The notes: a model not told the origin generated them from the sequence alone. A stretch of 64,000 bases of DNA from Octopus bimaculoides (GCF_001194135.2 NC_069003.1:28697498-28761497); one strand, 5' to 3'; positions 1-12,373 are shown, counted from the stretch's first letter. Translations and numbers: made by a program.

Positions 1-34
1 AGGGCTATTTCCCTTCGTCATGGCCGGTGTGACA
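1..34 (-). ncRNA. Hammerhead-like motif, 5' half (cut by window edge); inverted copy of 5158-5191
   Basis: Reverse complement TGTCACACCGGCCATGACGAAGGGAAATAGCCCT matches 5158-5191 at 33/34 nt. Confidence 0.6.
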
Positions 35-43
35 GACTTTAAC

Positions 44-47
<4 letters not shown>

Positions 48-86
<39 letters not shown>
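48..86. repeat. (TA)n microsatellite, representative of dozens in the window
   Basis: Pure TA run read directly. Confidence 0.97.
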
Positions 87-88
<2 letters not shown>

Positions 89-374
89 GTGTATACATAT
101 ATGTATTTATACATCCATGTATATTTAGTTTAAATGTTGCCACTGTTTTGGTAAGTCACTGACATTTAAATCTCAACCGAGTGGATTTGTATTTCAGTTC
201 TCAGATATCGGCAAAACAAACCACGTAAAAAATAATAAAACGATCCAATTAATAAATAAATAAACACTTATATTATGACTTCTATAAAATCCTGTCGATA
301 TCTCGCCAATGTTTTATCATATTACAATATTTGTTTTTTATAATAATAATAATAATAATAATAATGCAGTCATT

Positions 375-580
375 AGTGTTCCGTGCCGGTAGATTCGTTA
401 CCACACCGGGCAAAATGGTTAGAGGTATTTCGTTAGTTCTGGGTTCAAATTCCGCCGAGGAATTTACCTTTCACCTTTACGGGCTTCGTAAAATAAGTAT
501 GAGTTGGGTACTGGAGTCGATATAATCGATTTATCTCGTCCCTCTGAACTTACTGGCATTCTACTATGATTTGAAACCAA
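375..580 (+). mobile_element. tRNA-derived SINE, family A
   Basis: B-box-like GGGTTCAAATTCC, then AAAATAAGT..ACTGGAGTCGATATAATCGA and a TTTGAAACC end, shared with about ten other copies in the window. Confidence 0.8.
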
Positions 581-719
581 TAACAATCCAGCCTTTTCTG
601 AGGAATTCACAAGTTTCATTCACCATCGTTGTTTATTTTATAATATTATTTTTGTCCCCGTTTTTTTTTTATAAGTACAGCTTTTATAATATTCAAATAT
701 ATTTTCGTTAGCACATTAG

Positions 720-1654
720 TCAGATTGAAAACTCCTGTTTCGTCGGTGCTTTGAAGTTACCGAAAATACCAGTCTAACCCTTCGTGAGATTTGGAAGGGG
801 CACAGCAACACTGTAAACTGCCTGGAAATCATCGATATAGCCTGGCAAGATGTAATGAGGAGAACACTGAATTCTGCATGGAAGAAAGTGTAGCCTGGCT
901 GCATATCCGAAAGAGACTGTAGTCGAGGAGATGGTGGCTCTGGGCAAGTCCATGGGCATCGAGGTTGATGATGGGGACGTTAACGTTATCATCGAGGAAC
1001 ACTCAGAGAAGATGACGACAGATGAACTCCTGCTGCTTCAGGAGCAGCAGCATTTGAATGCGGTGGAAGAGACTGGTTGCCCGGAGGAGGACAGTGCAGC
1101 AGTCAATGCTATATCTACAAGTGACATAAATGCAGTGTTGGAAAAGTGGCAGTATGTTTTTGAATCTGTAGAAAAAAACCCTCCTGAAAAAGTAGCTACA
1201 GGTCGCTCAGCTGCTTCATTTAATGACTCCGCATTTAATGACTTTTCGTAACATTTTGTGAAGTGTGCTCAGAAAGCCTAAATGAAGCGAAGTGAGAAAG
1301 AAAACATTTGAAATTGTTCATCATGAAGACTTAATGGAAGAAGAACTTCCTTTCAAACAGTAATTCTCCTCCTCCCCGCTGCATCGTCTTCCTCGCGTAC
1401 AAATCGTCCCATCTTTAAGGCAATTCAGTTCACATATTTATTTTCGATTCTTTTTTTTTATATATATAATTGTCATTTTAATTCTAACTACACCGTTTCT
1501 GTTTTAAAACCCAACAAAAATACTTTAAGTGATTTTGTAGGGCTGGAACGGATTGATTATATTTTAGTTGACGGGGAAAATTGATTCGTAAAACGAGTAA
1601 ATCAGAAGACAAGCTGGGTCATGGAACGAATTAAACTCCTACCGCGAGGTATCA

Positions 1655-1657
<3 letters not shown>
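720..1657 (+). mobile_element. pogo/Tigger-like DNA transposon, 3' fragment (pseudogenised transposase C-terminus plus right TIR)
   Basis: From 780: LREIWKGHSNTVNCLEIIDIAWQDVMRRTLNSAWKKV*P; ORF 931-1251 has MVALGKSMGIEVDDGDV..EEHSEKMTTDELLLLQ. Both are Tigger-like. The element ends CGAGGTATCACTG followed by TA at 1658-1659. Confidence 0.85.
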
Positions 1658-1692
<35 letters not shown>

Positions 1693-2019
1693 AGAAGAAT
1701 GGTTATGTGCTTTCTGATAATTTTTCCACTTTAATAACTAGATGTCTATAAGATATTAGCTGTTTACAAAAGGTTTAAATTCTTGTTTCTTTTCTCACAA
1801 TTGCTGTGAGAAACTAATCGAAACCGATTATCATACCATGAAGATTGTCTAAATATTTCTGAAATAAACTTCTCTAAATAAATAAATGAGTGAATAAATA
1901 AATAAATAGTGAAATGAAATGTATCTAAACACTTCATCCCACCGCCAATCACCAGAAAGTGAAGAAGCTCACTTTAGTCGACTATGTTAGCAGCGAATAT
2001 CCCTTAAATTTTATCCTAC

Positions 2020-2162
2020 TTTCTCAATAATGAGAAGGCGTGCTATAAAATATAGTGCAAGATTCTCCATGAAACGGTGGTAGGGTCGCATTAACTCAAT
2101 GAGAACCAGGGTGGATATAAAGCACAACAATAACAATAACAAGCATTGCTCAACTTTTGGGT
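2020..2162 (-). CDS. Weak candidate exon (hydrophobic peptide)
   Basis: Acceptor ttcttgcttcaaag and donor gtagga flank an open frame PKVEQCLLLLLLCFISTLVLIELMRPYHRFMENLALYFIARLLIIEK. The Leu run partly derives from an (AAC/AAT) microrepeat. Confidence 0.15.
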
Positions 2163-2795
2163 CTTTGAAGCAAGAATGAGTAATAGATTTATGATTCAAG
2201 ATTGTTTCAGCAGCTAGGGAATAAGGCCATTACAGACACATTTTTAGATAATGTATTTTATTCAAATGGTGGACAGTTCGTAACACATAATTATTCCGAA
2301 GTTATTTTATTAGGCAATACATTTTGAAATCCAATTCCCTACTAAGACAACTTCATTATCGTACCCTTTCAGACTTTCATTAACTCATTCGTAAACATTT
2401 TTTCGCAAGAAATTCTATGAAAATGATAGATATTAATGGATATATCAACAATTGATTTCTTTCCCATATTGTCTATAACGACATGAAATTTAATTTAGAA
2501 TATGTACGGTTTTCCCAAAGCGGATAAAGATGAAACAAAATGACCGTTGCCGCGTCAGGATAGAGTACAGAGTAATTAGAGCTGACAAAATACACCCCCG
2601 TAGTTAGATGAAACAGTTATTATTTTCCCTTTGGGATATTATAATATATAAATCAGGAAATACGACTCCTAATCAGATCTGAAGATAATGGATTCTAAAG
2701 TTAAGGAACTGTTTCACACTGGCAAAACACATCCATCCAAATATATATACATATGTGTATATACAAATATATATAGTTCAGTGTGTATACTATAA

Positions 2796-2797
<2 letters not shown>

Positions 2798-2869
<72 letters not shown>
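2798..2869. repeat. (CT)n microsatellite abutting a gap
   Basis: Pure CT run ending at the N-gap. Confidence 0.97.
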
Positions 2870-4394
2870 NNNNNNNNNNNNNNNNNNNNNNNNNNNNNNN
2901 NNNNNNNNNNNNNNNNNNNNNNNNNNNNNNNNNNNNNNNNNNNNNNNNNNNNNNNNNNNNNNNNNNNNNNNNNNNNNNNNNNNNNNNNNNNNNNNNNNNN
3001 NNNNNNNNNNNNNNNNNNNNNNNNNNNNNNNNNNNNNNNNNNNNNNNNNNNNNNNNNNNNNNNNNNNNNNNNNNNNNNNNNNNNNNNNNNNNNNNNNNNN
3101 NNNNNNNNNNNNNNNNNNNNNNNATATGTGTGTATGCACGCACTCACACACGCACGCACACACACACACGCACGCACACACACACACGCAACTATTACTC
3201 TGGAAGGATGAAAACAGACTTGACTTTAAAGGTACGGGAACTTGCAACAGAAACAGCCGTAGCTAAATACCTGAAAACATATCAGATGCTCTATCAATTT
3301 TGCTAATTCAGCATTCATATATAATAAAAAAATATTGAAACGTTATCCAATATTATTAAATTGGAATATCTATTTGATTGAAAAGTCGTTAAAATTTTTA
3401 TTTTTCCTTTCTAATATGCACGTAATACTATATTATGTCACTGAAATGGACATTATAATTTCATTAATCAGACTGACGCAAATGAAGCTTAAAAATACAT
3501 TTACTTAAAAAATTGAATGGTATTTATTGAATATCATGTCCTATAGCAAACAATGCAATCTTCGGGGATTTTAAAATGATTTCATTTACATAAATTCGTC
3601 TAAGAAAATCAAATCGTTTTCCTGTTAAATGGCCTTACCTACGTTTCAAATGTAATGAAAATAGTCATAGTAATGATATTTGATAACAGTGTTTTCGAAC
3701 GCATTATATACTGCTATTCTAGTTCACCTTAATAGATATTCCTCTATATTTACTTGGCTAGATTTCACGACAATAATTCCCAATTGTTGCTTATTTTCAA
3801 TCTAGTCTGAAGCAATTGCCGTTATGTTTCTCATTATAATAACTTAACATCTCTCACGAGAAATAACCACTTTCAAAGTAGGCAGTCAGTCATTGTTCCA
3901 CTTTGACATCTATCCTATGTCTTTTATATAACTGGTAAGTTAATAGATATAATATTCGTAATTTTTACTGCTAATATTTTTAGATTTGCATTCTTCCTAA
4001 TCACGGTGTATACGATTTAATCATAAGCAAATTGCATACGTTCAATCTGGTCTATTAATCGTACGAAAAATAAGGTCATTCGCTGAAATTATGGTAACAA
4101 AATACTTTCAACCAGAAGGGGATAATTACGGAAATAATGCTCCCTTAAAAAGTTATTCTCATTATGCAGGTTCTAGACTGTCCATTTCAAACCAATAATA
4201 CCAAAGAATTGTTTCTGAGTCTCACAAAAACGGATAATTCATTTTTTCTCAACACAAACTTATACATGCTCGCGCACGCACACATACAGAACATACATAC
4301 ACACACACGCATATATGTATGCATACACCTATATATGTGTGTATATATAGGCATACATATATATATATATATATATATATGAATTTAGGCATTC

Positions 4395-4441
<47 letters not shown>

Positions 4442-5166
4442 GCATGTATGTATATGCATACACCACATACACACACACACACACACATATCACCTATAAT
4501 TTAGTACCATCATGATAGAGGGATATATGGAAATATATAATACGTATTATTAACTTTATTCACAATACGTATACATTAGTATGTTTGCCCATTATCATTA
4601 ATTTGTTGAACAAACTCAATACCCACAGCTATATTGAACAATAATTTTAGTTAATATCAGACATGGAAATTGCATTCTCTGACAGCCATAATTTAAACTA
4701 TATACATGTGTATATAATTATCTGTTATTTTCTAAACCAGAGACTTGAAATTGTTTGAATAAGCAAATTCTGTCTGTCTCAGTTCTCAGAATTTATGGTC
4801 AATGCAAGTGTCTATATCCTTGATAAAACTGATAGATGAAATAATCTTCATATAAGCAAAAATAATAACATGCCAATCTAAGTAAGCTGGTAATTGTTAT
4901 TCTCAATAAACATATATCTAGTTATCTCAGTAACTATACTGTGGACGTAACCTGTGGAAGCATATATGACGTATCGCGACAACCCCATTCTCTTTCTTTC
5001 TTTGTCTACGCCTGTGCCTGTCTGTCTGCTTATTTCCTTTAACCTCTTTCCCTCCTCATCTTTGTGTCATTCTAGATGTACACGTTTAAAAATACATAAA
5101 GGCGTCTGACTACTTACACACAGATGTGTGTGTACATAAACATACATACATTTGCCATGTCATACC

Positions 5167-5206
5167 GGCCATGACGAAGGGAAATAGCCCTGAAACTCGA
5201 GTCGCC
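5167..5206 (+). ncRNA. Minimal type I hammerhead ribozyme, variant core
   Basis: GGC | CATGACGA | AGGG-aaatag-CCCT | GAAA | CTCGAG | TC | GCC: helix I GGC/GCC, 4-bp helix II, palindromic helix III, GUC triplet, and one extra A in the CUGANGA box. Confidence 0.6.
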
Positions 5207-5946
5207 TTTATATATATATATTTATATTTATATATTTATATATTTGATCCTTTATATTGAACACTCAATATTTCATCTACATTGAATACTTTCTTTCATG
5301 GTGCCATCCATTTTTATGTTATTTTATTTTATATTGTATATTGTATATCATATTATATATTGTATATTCCATATTCTATACCCCACATTAGTTCTGCAGG
5401 AATATAAATAAAACATAAAAAACAGACAGTGTTGGAACTCTTTTAAGCAAAATAATATATTCCTCTATACACAATCATACAAAAAACCCCACCTTTTTTG
5501 TATTTATTTTTACTCGCATATANNNNNNNNNNNNNNNNNNNNNNNNNNNNNNNNNNNNNNNNNNNNNNNNNNNNNNNNNNNNNNNNNNNNNNNNNNNNNN
5601 NNNNNNNNNNNNNNNNNNNNNNNNNNNNNNNNNNNNNNNNNNNNNNNNNNNNNNNNNNNNNNNNNNNNNNNNNNNNNNNNNNNNNNNNNNNNNNNNNNNN
5701 NNNNNNNNNNNNNNNNNNNNNNNNNNNNNNNNNNNNNNNNNNNNNNNNNNNNNNNNNNNNNNNNNNNNNNNNNNNNNNNNNNNNNNNNNNNNNNNNNNNN
5801 NNNNNNNNNNNNNNNNNNNNNNNNNNNNNNNNNNNNNNNNNNNNNNNNNNNNNNNNNNNNNNNNNNNNNNNNNNNNNNNNNNNNNNNNNNNNNNNNNNNN
5901 NNNNNNNNNNNNNNNNNNNNNNNNNNNNNNNNNNNNNNNNNNNNNN

Positions 5947-5989
<43 letters not shown>

Positions 5990-6956
5990 ACAAAAATGTG
6001 TATATGTGGTGTTCGTTGACTAAGGTATATGTATATGTGTGTGCGTGTGTGTGTGTGTATGTGTGTGTCTGTGTATGTGTATGAACATAGCTGTACATAT
6101 GTTACCCTACTTGCATTACCAACTTGCTGTGCCTTACACTGCTCTGTCTTGGATTTGTACTTAAAAAAAATGGCAAACATGTAATTCACGAAGCGTTCTG
6201 TTCTATATGGTTTTTGATGTTCATCATTATATCATGTACACGAGCTTAACTGAATAGTTTCGGGAAGATAGCGCCTCTGAGTAATTAAGCTTGAGTACGA
6301 TATAAGCGAAAGTAAGTAGTGTAGTTCGAAAAAAATCAATTGTATTCAGTTTTATTCCCAAAATGTTTGGGTTGGTGCCTATTACATTAATCAACATCTT
6401 ACTGAGAAATGTTCACAGAAGACACACACACACAACACAGACACACACACACACCCACACATACACACACACACATACAGACAGAGACATACAGAGACAC
6501 ACAGAGACACAGACACACAGATATACAATGTACGCCCAAACACATATAAATTTACATATACATCTTTATATCTAAGTATATGTATGTATATGTATATACA
6601 TATATATATGTATATATATATGTTATATATATACGTATATATAACATATATGTTATATATATGCATATACATATATACAAGTGTGTATATATATAAATAT
6701 ATACGTATATAAATTAAAAGGGTAAAGATTTATCAATTTATTAATTTATTAATAAATCAACAATTAATAATTTTTACCAAGCCCTTCGGTATGTAAGCAC
6801 CATTATCGGTGGAGAACTTATTTAAATAAATTAATAAATAAATATATACGTATATATATAAGTATATATATACACATATACGTATGTCTGTGTATATATG
6901 GATATTTCATTTATACATACACATAAATATATGCATAGACAGTTATGTGTAGGCGG

Positions 6957-6991
<35 letters not shown>

Positions 6992-7634
6992 TAGTGATGT
7001 AATTAACATATGTCACAATCTGTTTTTCGTGTTATGCTCCGGGTTTAAAGGTGTAGCATAATGAGACAACTCTGTCGTACCTTTCTATTTGCAATAAAGC
7101 AGATCAAGGGTTAACCAATTCTAAGATTCATGAAATTTTCACTTGCCTATTTAAAAGAATAAAAACAAAGAAATGTCCTCCACATAACATTCAAGAAATA
7201 TTTTCCGAGTGTATAATAACTATAATAATCAAGAATTTAATTATATGGTAAAATTTCAGTCTGTTCCCAAAAGAATTTTCATTTTACAGGCTATTAATTC
7301 TCATTTTTAATTATCTTTTATAATTTTCGACTCGCATCTAAGACATCATTTCTGGTTTTCTTTACCGTTTTTTAGTTAAAATTAATTTACCTTCTTTTAG
7401 TTAATATTAAATCCGCGTAAACAAATCCGTGTTGGTCAACGTTCCAGCTGCGACTAACTTGTTAGTCGCACGCATACGCACACACACAGATAAACAAACA
7501 AATACGCTTGCGCACATACACACTCAAACATTCAGGAAATTGTCCACTTGTGTATATTAATCACCACGCCAGACGCTTCCCCTCCTCGAATCCTGGGATC
7601 GCTACTCACATCAGATATATATATATATATATAT

Positions 7635-7808
7635 AATTGCAGCGTGGAAGGTGTTTATAAGCCATTTAAAATAACACAGAGAAGCCGTCAGATTCACTTC
7701 AACATTTAAATTTAATTTGTCAAAATATTTTCGTCGCTTTGAGACCGCGAGCTGTTCATTGACGGCTTTTGTTATTTTAAATGGCTTATAAACACCTACG
7801 CTGCAATT
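7635..7808. mobile_element. Short inverted-repeat element (arms 7635-7690 and 7760-7808) containing an HHR-like fold
   Basis: AATTGCAGCGT..AGGTGTTTATAAGCCATTTAAAATAACA..AAGCCGTCA and its reverse complement, differing by small indels. Confidence 0.8.
7719..7763 (-). ncRNA. Hammerhead-like fold with non-canonical core (A3, C8)
   Basis: Minus strand: GTCA | ATGAACA | GcTCGC-ggtctcaaa-GCGAC | GAAA | ATAT | TT | TGAC. Confidence 0.4.
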
Positions 7809-8110
7809 GTTTTCGTTCCAGCACACGATCTCAGATCAGGTCACTTGCTATGCAAGTACATCGTATATATATATATATATATATATATATNNNNNNNNNN
7901 NNNNNNNNNNNNNNNNNNNNNNNNNNNNNNNNNNNNNNNNNNNNNNNNNNNNNNNNNNNNNNNNNNNNNNNNNNNNNNNNNNNNNNNNNNNNNNNNNNNN
8001 NNNNNNNNNNNNNNNNNNNNNNNNNNNNNNNNNNNNNNNNNNNNNNNNNNNNNNNNNNNNNNNNNNNNNNNNNNNNNNNNNNNNNNNNNNNNNNNNNNNN
8101 NNNNNNNNNN

Positions 8111-8223
8111 CCACTATCACATATAGAAAAAGTAATAATTAAAAGCACAATAAATGAGTATAATATAAAGTAAAGTAAATATCATACGATAAATATAATA
8201 AATTTTTCTATATGTGATAGTGG
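8111..8223. repeat. Perfect 21-bp inverted repeat (8111-8131 / 8203-8223)
   Basis: CCACTATCACATATAGAAAAA / TTTTTCTATATGTGATAGTGG; the left arm is cut by the gap. Confidence 0.85.
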
Positions 8224-8268
8224 ATTTTCATCGATGAGTTCTTGAAAATTGGTTATTTTCCCTAAAAC

Positions 8269-8332
<64 letters not shown>

Positions 8333-8408
8333 TGTGTGTACAAACATAGATGTGGCCTAGCATATAAAAAAATCTGAAAATTCAGAAAAATTGCATTACA
8401 TACGTATA

Positions 8409-8530
8409 CGAAGGGATGACCACTAAGTGGACATCCGATATGCTAGAAAGCGATCATCCACGATCTAACCACAAGGAAAATAATGTTCTCAAGAAAAAAT
8501 TCAGCAAACACCAGAACATAAGCGGGCAAG
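8409..8530 (+). mobile_element. Interspersed repeat end (mariner/MITE-like terminus), copy 1
   Basis: TA-CGAAGGGATGACCACTAAGTGGACATCCGATATGCTAGAAAG... aligns over about 100 bp with 58253-58360. Confidence 0.6.
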
Positions 8531-8533
8531 ACA

Positions 8534-8699
8534 AATGAAAATATATAAAATAAAGAATTAATCGTATACCGGTTTCCCCATCAACCCTTTTACTTACGTA
8601 AAAACCGTCCGTGGTATGTCAGTACGACTGTTCATGTAAGTAAAATGGTTGATGGGGAAACCGGTATACGATTAATTCTTTATTTTATATATTTTCATT
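8534..8699. repeat. Near-perfect hairpin, 64-bp arms (8534-8597 / 8636-8699), 38-nt loop
   Basis: 63/64 complementary by manual alignment. Confidence 0.92.
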
Positions 8700-8701
8700 C
8701 T

Positions 8702-8947
8702 CCAAAAGAGCCTGAGGGTCCTACACAAACGTAGGTGTTTTCAAATGTAGGTGTTTTCAAATCAAAACTGGACATTTTCCTGTCGAGATATGAACCTACC
8801 TCGCGTCATGAGATGCAAATGACCGTAGCGACATCAAACTCCTTTATTCACCAAATGCCCATATTAGATGAGGTTGTCATTAATAACAGTGTAGCAAAAC
8901 GGCGGTGCCCCGGCATGGCCACAGGTTTGAGCTGAAACTAACAGAAA
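8702..8947 (+). mobile_element. CR1-like LINE, 5'-truncated 3' end (ORF2 C-terminus plus tail)
   Basis: VGVFKSKLDIFLSRYEPTSRHEMQMTVATSNSFIHQ resembles the FK..LD.FL...EP..SNS C-terminus of CR1-clade ORF2. Tail is GGCGGTGCCCCGGCATGGCCACAG..GCTGAAAC. A perfect 16-bp tandem duplication lies at 8731-8762. Confidence 0.7.
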
Positions 8948-9775
8948 AAATGTGTATATGTATGTATACCTAGATTATGCATATGTATGTAAATATGTGT
9001 ATATATGTGTATACAGGTGTAAGAAGATTGAAAAAGAGAGAGGGTGAGAGAGAGATAGACATAGAAATAGAGAGACAGAGAGAGAGATGGAGAGAAAAGT
9101 AAGGTTAAATCTTTCTTTGAAACATGTTAACTTTAAAAGATAGAGCAACTCCATCATTTTACTCGTCAGAACTTTTGACATCTTATCATTCTCTGTTTGT
9201 TTTGAAAGAGCAACATTTCTGAATTAATGTGACTAAATAAATGAGACTGAGAGTCGAGGTCATGTCACTTTCGTTTTCACATTCAACTGCTTGAATAACG
9301 CGTAGTTACACGCCTCTAGCATTGAGCCACACAAAATATTGGGGATTAATGTTATAAAAGATAAAATGATCAAAGTCGCATTTGACATTACGTAAATACT
9401 GAATCCTGGTGGATTTCATGACGTACGTTTTAGTTTGGATGCATATGTATGTTTTACGTATGTTTGTAGTTTGCGCTTCGTGATGCTGTCATAAATATAC
9501 TCATTTATACTAGATTTTTAACACCTTCATACATGCATACACACACACGCACGCACGCACGCACGCACGCACACAGACAGACAGACAGACACAAGCGCGC
9601 GCGCACACACCTCACACACAATACTCGCACGTGTGATCGATGATGCTCATTACCATCATGGGACCATGAAATTGGGCGTAGAAAATGTTTTCCTTATGTC
9701 ATTTGCAGAACGGGGTCCGCTGTCTGCACCGAGTGCCTCACAGTATGAGAGTCACGACTGTATTGGTGAAGGCAT

Positions 9776-9813
<38 letters not shown>

Positions 9814-10539
9814 CGCAGACCTAATTTTTGATGTCATTGCTGTATCTGTTATTTGCAGTTGTTTTTCGCAGTCCTCTCGCCTCTCGTGACGTACTCATTC
9901 TCCAATAGAACCAGTAGCCAAATGTATGTACGTATGTACGTATGTATGTGCGTGTGAATGCGCGTGCTTGTCTGTATAATTTCATGGTGGTATTGTTTGG
10001 AATACCGGCAATTTCATTCGAATACTCTCCATAAAATTACCTCCTCTTCAATACCGAGTTCTTTTCCGAAATATTCTCGGACTTAGAGAAGAGAGACGTT
10101 GTGAATTGTATAATAATGTTAGAAAAATATTCAATAACCAGAGAACGAAGCATGTCCTTTGCATGCTCTATTAATCGAATAGGACCAGTAGCCAAATCTT
10201 ACACAAAGTTCAAATCCTAGATCTACATATTTGTGAGGTGTTCGTGACTAGAACTCTTTTAATTTCATATTTATTCTATCTGAGTTAGCTAGAAAACGTA
10301 CACGTTGTTTATTTGATAATTATGGTGAATGAAAAATGATTGTGACGTCATAATCTATTTGTTTCTACGTTAAACAGTGTTGGCGAGAAATATTTCCGTG
10401 TAGAATATGGTGTACGTAGAAGAGAACAATTATACAAAAACTGATATTTGTTGGCATTGTTGTTATGTCGCTCCACTTCAATCCATTTCATGACCACCAC
10501 TCCGTATATGTACATTTACATTTTCTTATGTCCTTTTCT

Positions 10540-10832
10540 TCATACATTCTTATATGCATACATATAACCTTTGATTTTTATCACTCTCGGTACATGTTTT
10601 GGGGACTCGGCAAACAAACGGTTGGTCTGTGTGTCCACCATCTGTTCGTATTGGAGCTTCCAGTGCGAATGCTAAGCAGTACAGCATGATGTTTCCAAAT
10701 TTCTGGCAGCCTGAATTGTATGATGGTACCGTTTTCTCACAGACGGTGCCCAACTGTGTAAATCAAAAGCAAAGAATGCGCATGGGCGAAATTAAGAATA
10801 TGGGGTGGTGACAAATTACCCATCGCACCCTG
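10540..10832 (-). mobile_element. Tc1/mariner-superfamily element, 5' end with transposase N-terminal remnant
   Basis: Minus strand begins TA-CAGGGTG (Tc1/mariner-type terminus). Frame QFRLPEIWKHHAVLLSIRTGSSNTN reads like an HTH N-terminus, then similarity is lost. Confidence 0.45.
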
Positions 10833-12373
10833 TATATATATATANNNNNNNNNNNNNNNNNNNNNNNNNNNNNNNNNNNNNNNNNNNNNNNNNNNNNNNN
10901 NNNNNNNNNNNNNNNNNNNNNNNNNNNNNNNNNNNNNNNNNNNNNNNNNNNNNNNNNNNNNNNNNNNNNNNNNNNNNNNNNNNNNNNNNNNNNNNNNNNN
11001 NNNNNNNNNNNNNNNNNNNNNTATATATATACAGGGTATGTACGGGTAGTAGGGAGAGAAACGCTAGTGAAAGATATCGATAAGGAACAGGTTTTCTTTG
11101 AAAACCCGGTAAATTCAATTCATAGCTAATCTCGATAATTTTACCCAGACTTTTTCACATTTTCTTAGCCTTTTATGGCTTGAAACGATAACCTTCTTTT
11201 AATAATTAGATTCATAGTCAAGGTCTTCTCAAGCTTATTTTCATTTTAAACTGTTTCATTGGCGAGTAATTCTCGCCTACAGTCTTGCATCGCGCAGAGT
11301 CTTGGGAATAATACTATAAATATCTTCGACGCTGTATTTAATATTATATAACTATAAATCCGGCTAGATTTCACGACATAAGTGTTAGTGGCGGTGCTTG
11401 TTTTAGGTGTGTACTTGCTATTTCTAAAAGATTTCATAGATATTCTCATTTATGTGGAATATTTAACTTCTCTAGAAACTCTCTCTTTCATACACACACA
11501 TACACACGCACATACACGCACACACATATCTATATATTTCTACATACATACAAGCACACAAACACGCACGTATAAACGCACACGGACACGCGCACATACT
11601 CACACGCGCGCACACCCACACGCGCACACACGCTCAACACAGACACGTACACGCGCACACACACATACACTTACGGCGCCTTATTCTAGTATCAAGAACA
11701 CAGAACCTGCGCGTAGAAAATATTGCTTCATTGTCGTTAACAGATCGGCGTCTGCCGTCTCTGCTGCGCCCCATACGGTATGATCCTGCCTTTAGTGATA
11801 GCGTTTGAAGACATGTTTATCCATTTCTTTTTATGTACCAACATATATATATATATANNNNNNNNNNNNNNNNNNNNNNNNNNNNNNNNNNNNNNNNNNN
11901 NNNNNNNNNNNNNNNNNNNNNNNNNNNNNNNNNNNNNNNNNNNNNNNNNNNNNNNNNNNNNNNNNNNNNNNNNNNNNNNNNNNNNNNNNNNNNNNNNNNN
12001 NNNNNNNNNNNNNNNNNNNNNNNNNNNNNNNNNNNNNNNNNNNNNNNNNNNNNNNNNNNNNNNNNNNNNNNNNNNNNNNNNNNNNNNNNNNNNNNNNNNN
12101 NNNNNNNNNNNNNNNNNNNNNNNNNNNNNNNNNNNNNNNNNNNNNNNNNNNNNNNNNNNNNNNNNNNNNNNNNNNNNNNNNNNNNNNNNNNNNNNNNNNN
12201 NNNATATATATATATATATATGTATGTATATACATATATGTATATATATGCATATACATATATGTATATAAATATATGTGTGCGCGGGTGGAAAAGAGAC
12301 ATACAGACCTATATAAACAGGTACATGTACATCCACACATCCATACCTCACACTCACACATATACACTCACAA

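Noticed and set aside
3451-3471. Minus-strand CTGATTA-AT-GAAA-TTATAA-TG hammerhead look-alike
   Set aside because: G8 altered, no helix II, G at the cleavage position, no helix I; expected by chance in AT-rich DNA.
9904-10197. 20-bp direct repeat AATAG(A/G)ACCAGTAGCCAAAT at 9904 and 10178
   Set aside because: Too short and without TSD or internal features to call an LTR; probably fragments of a common repeat.
3756-11378. Shared 17-mer GGCTAGATTTCACGACA at 3756 and 11362
   Set aside because: No flanking similarity; one such match in 64 kb is plausible by chance.
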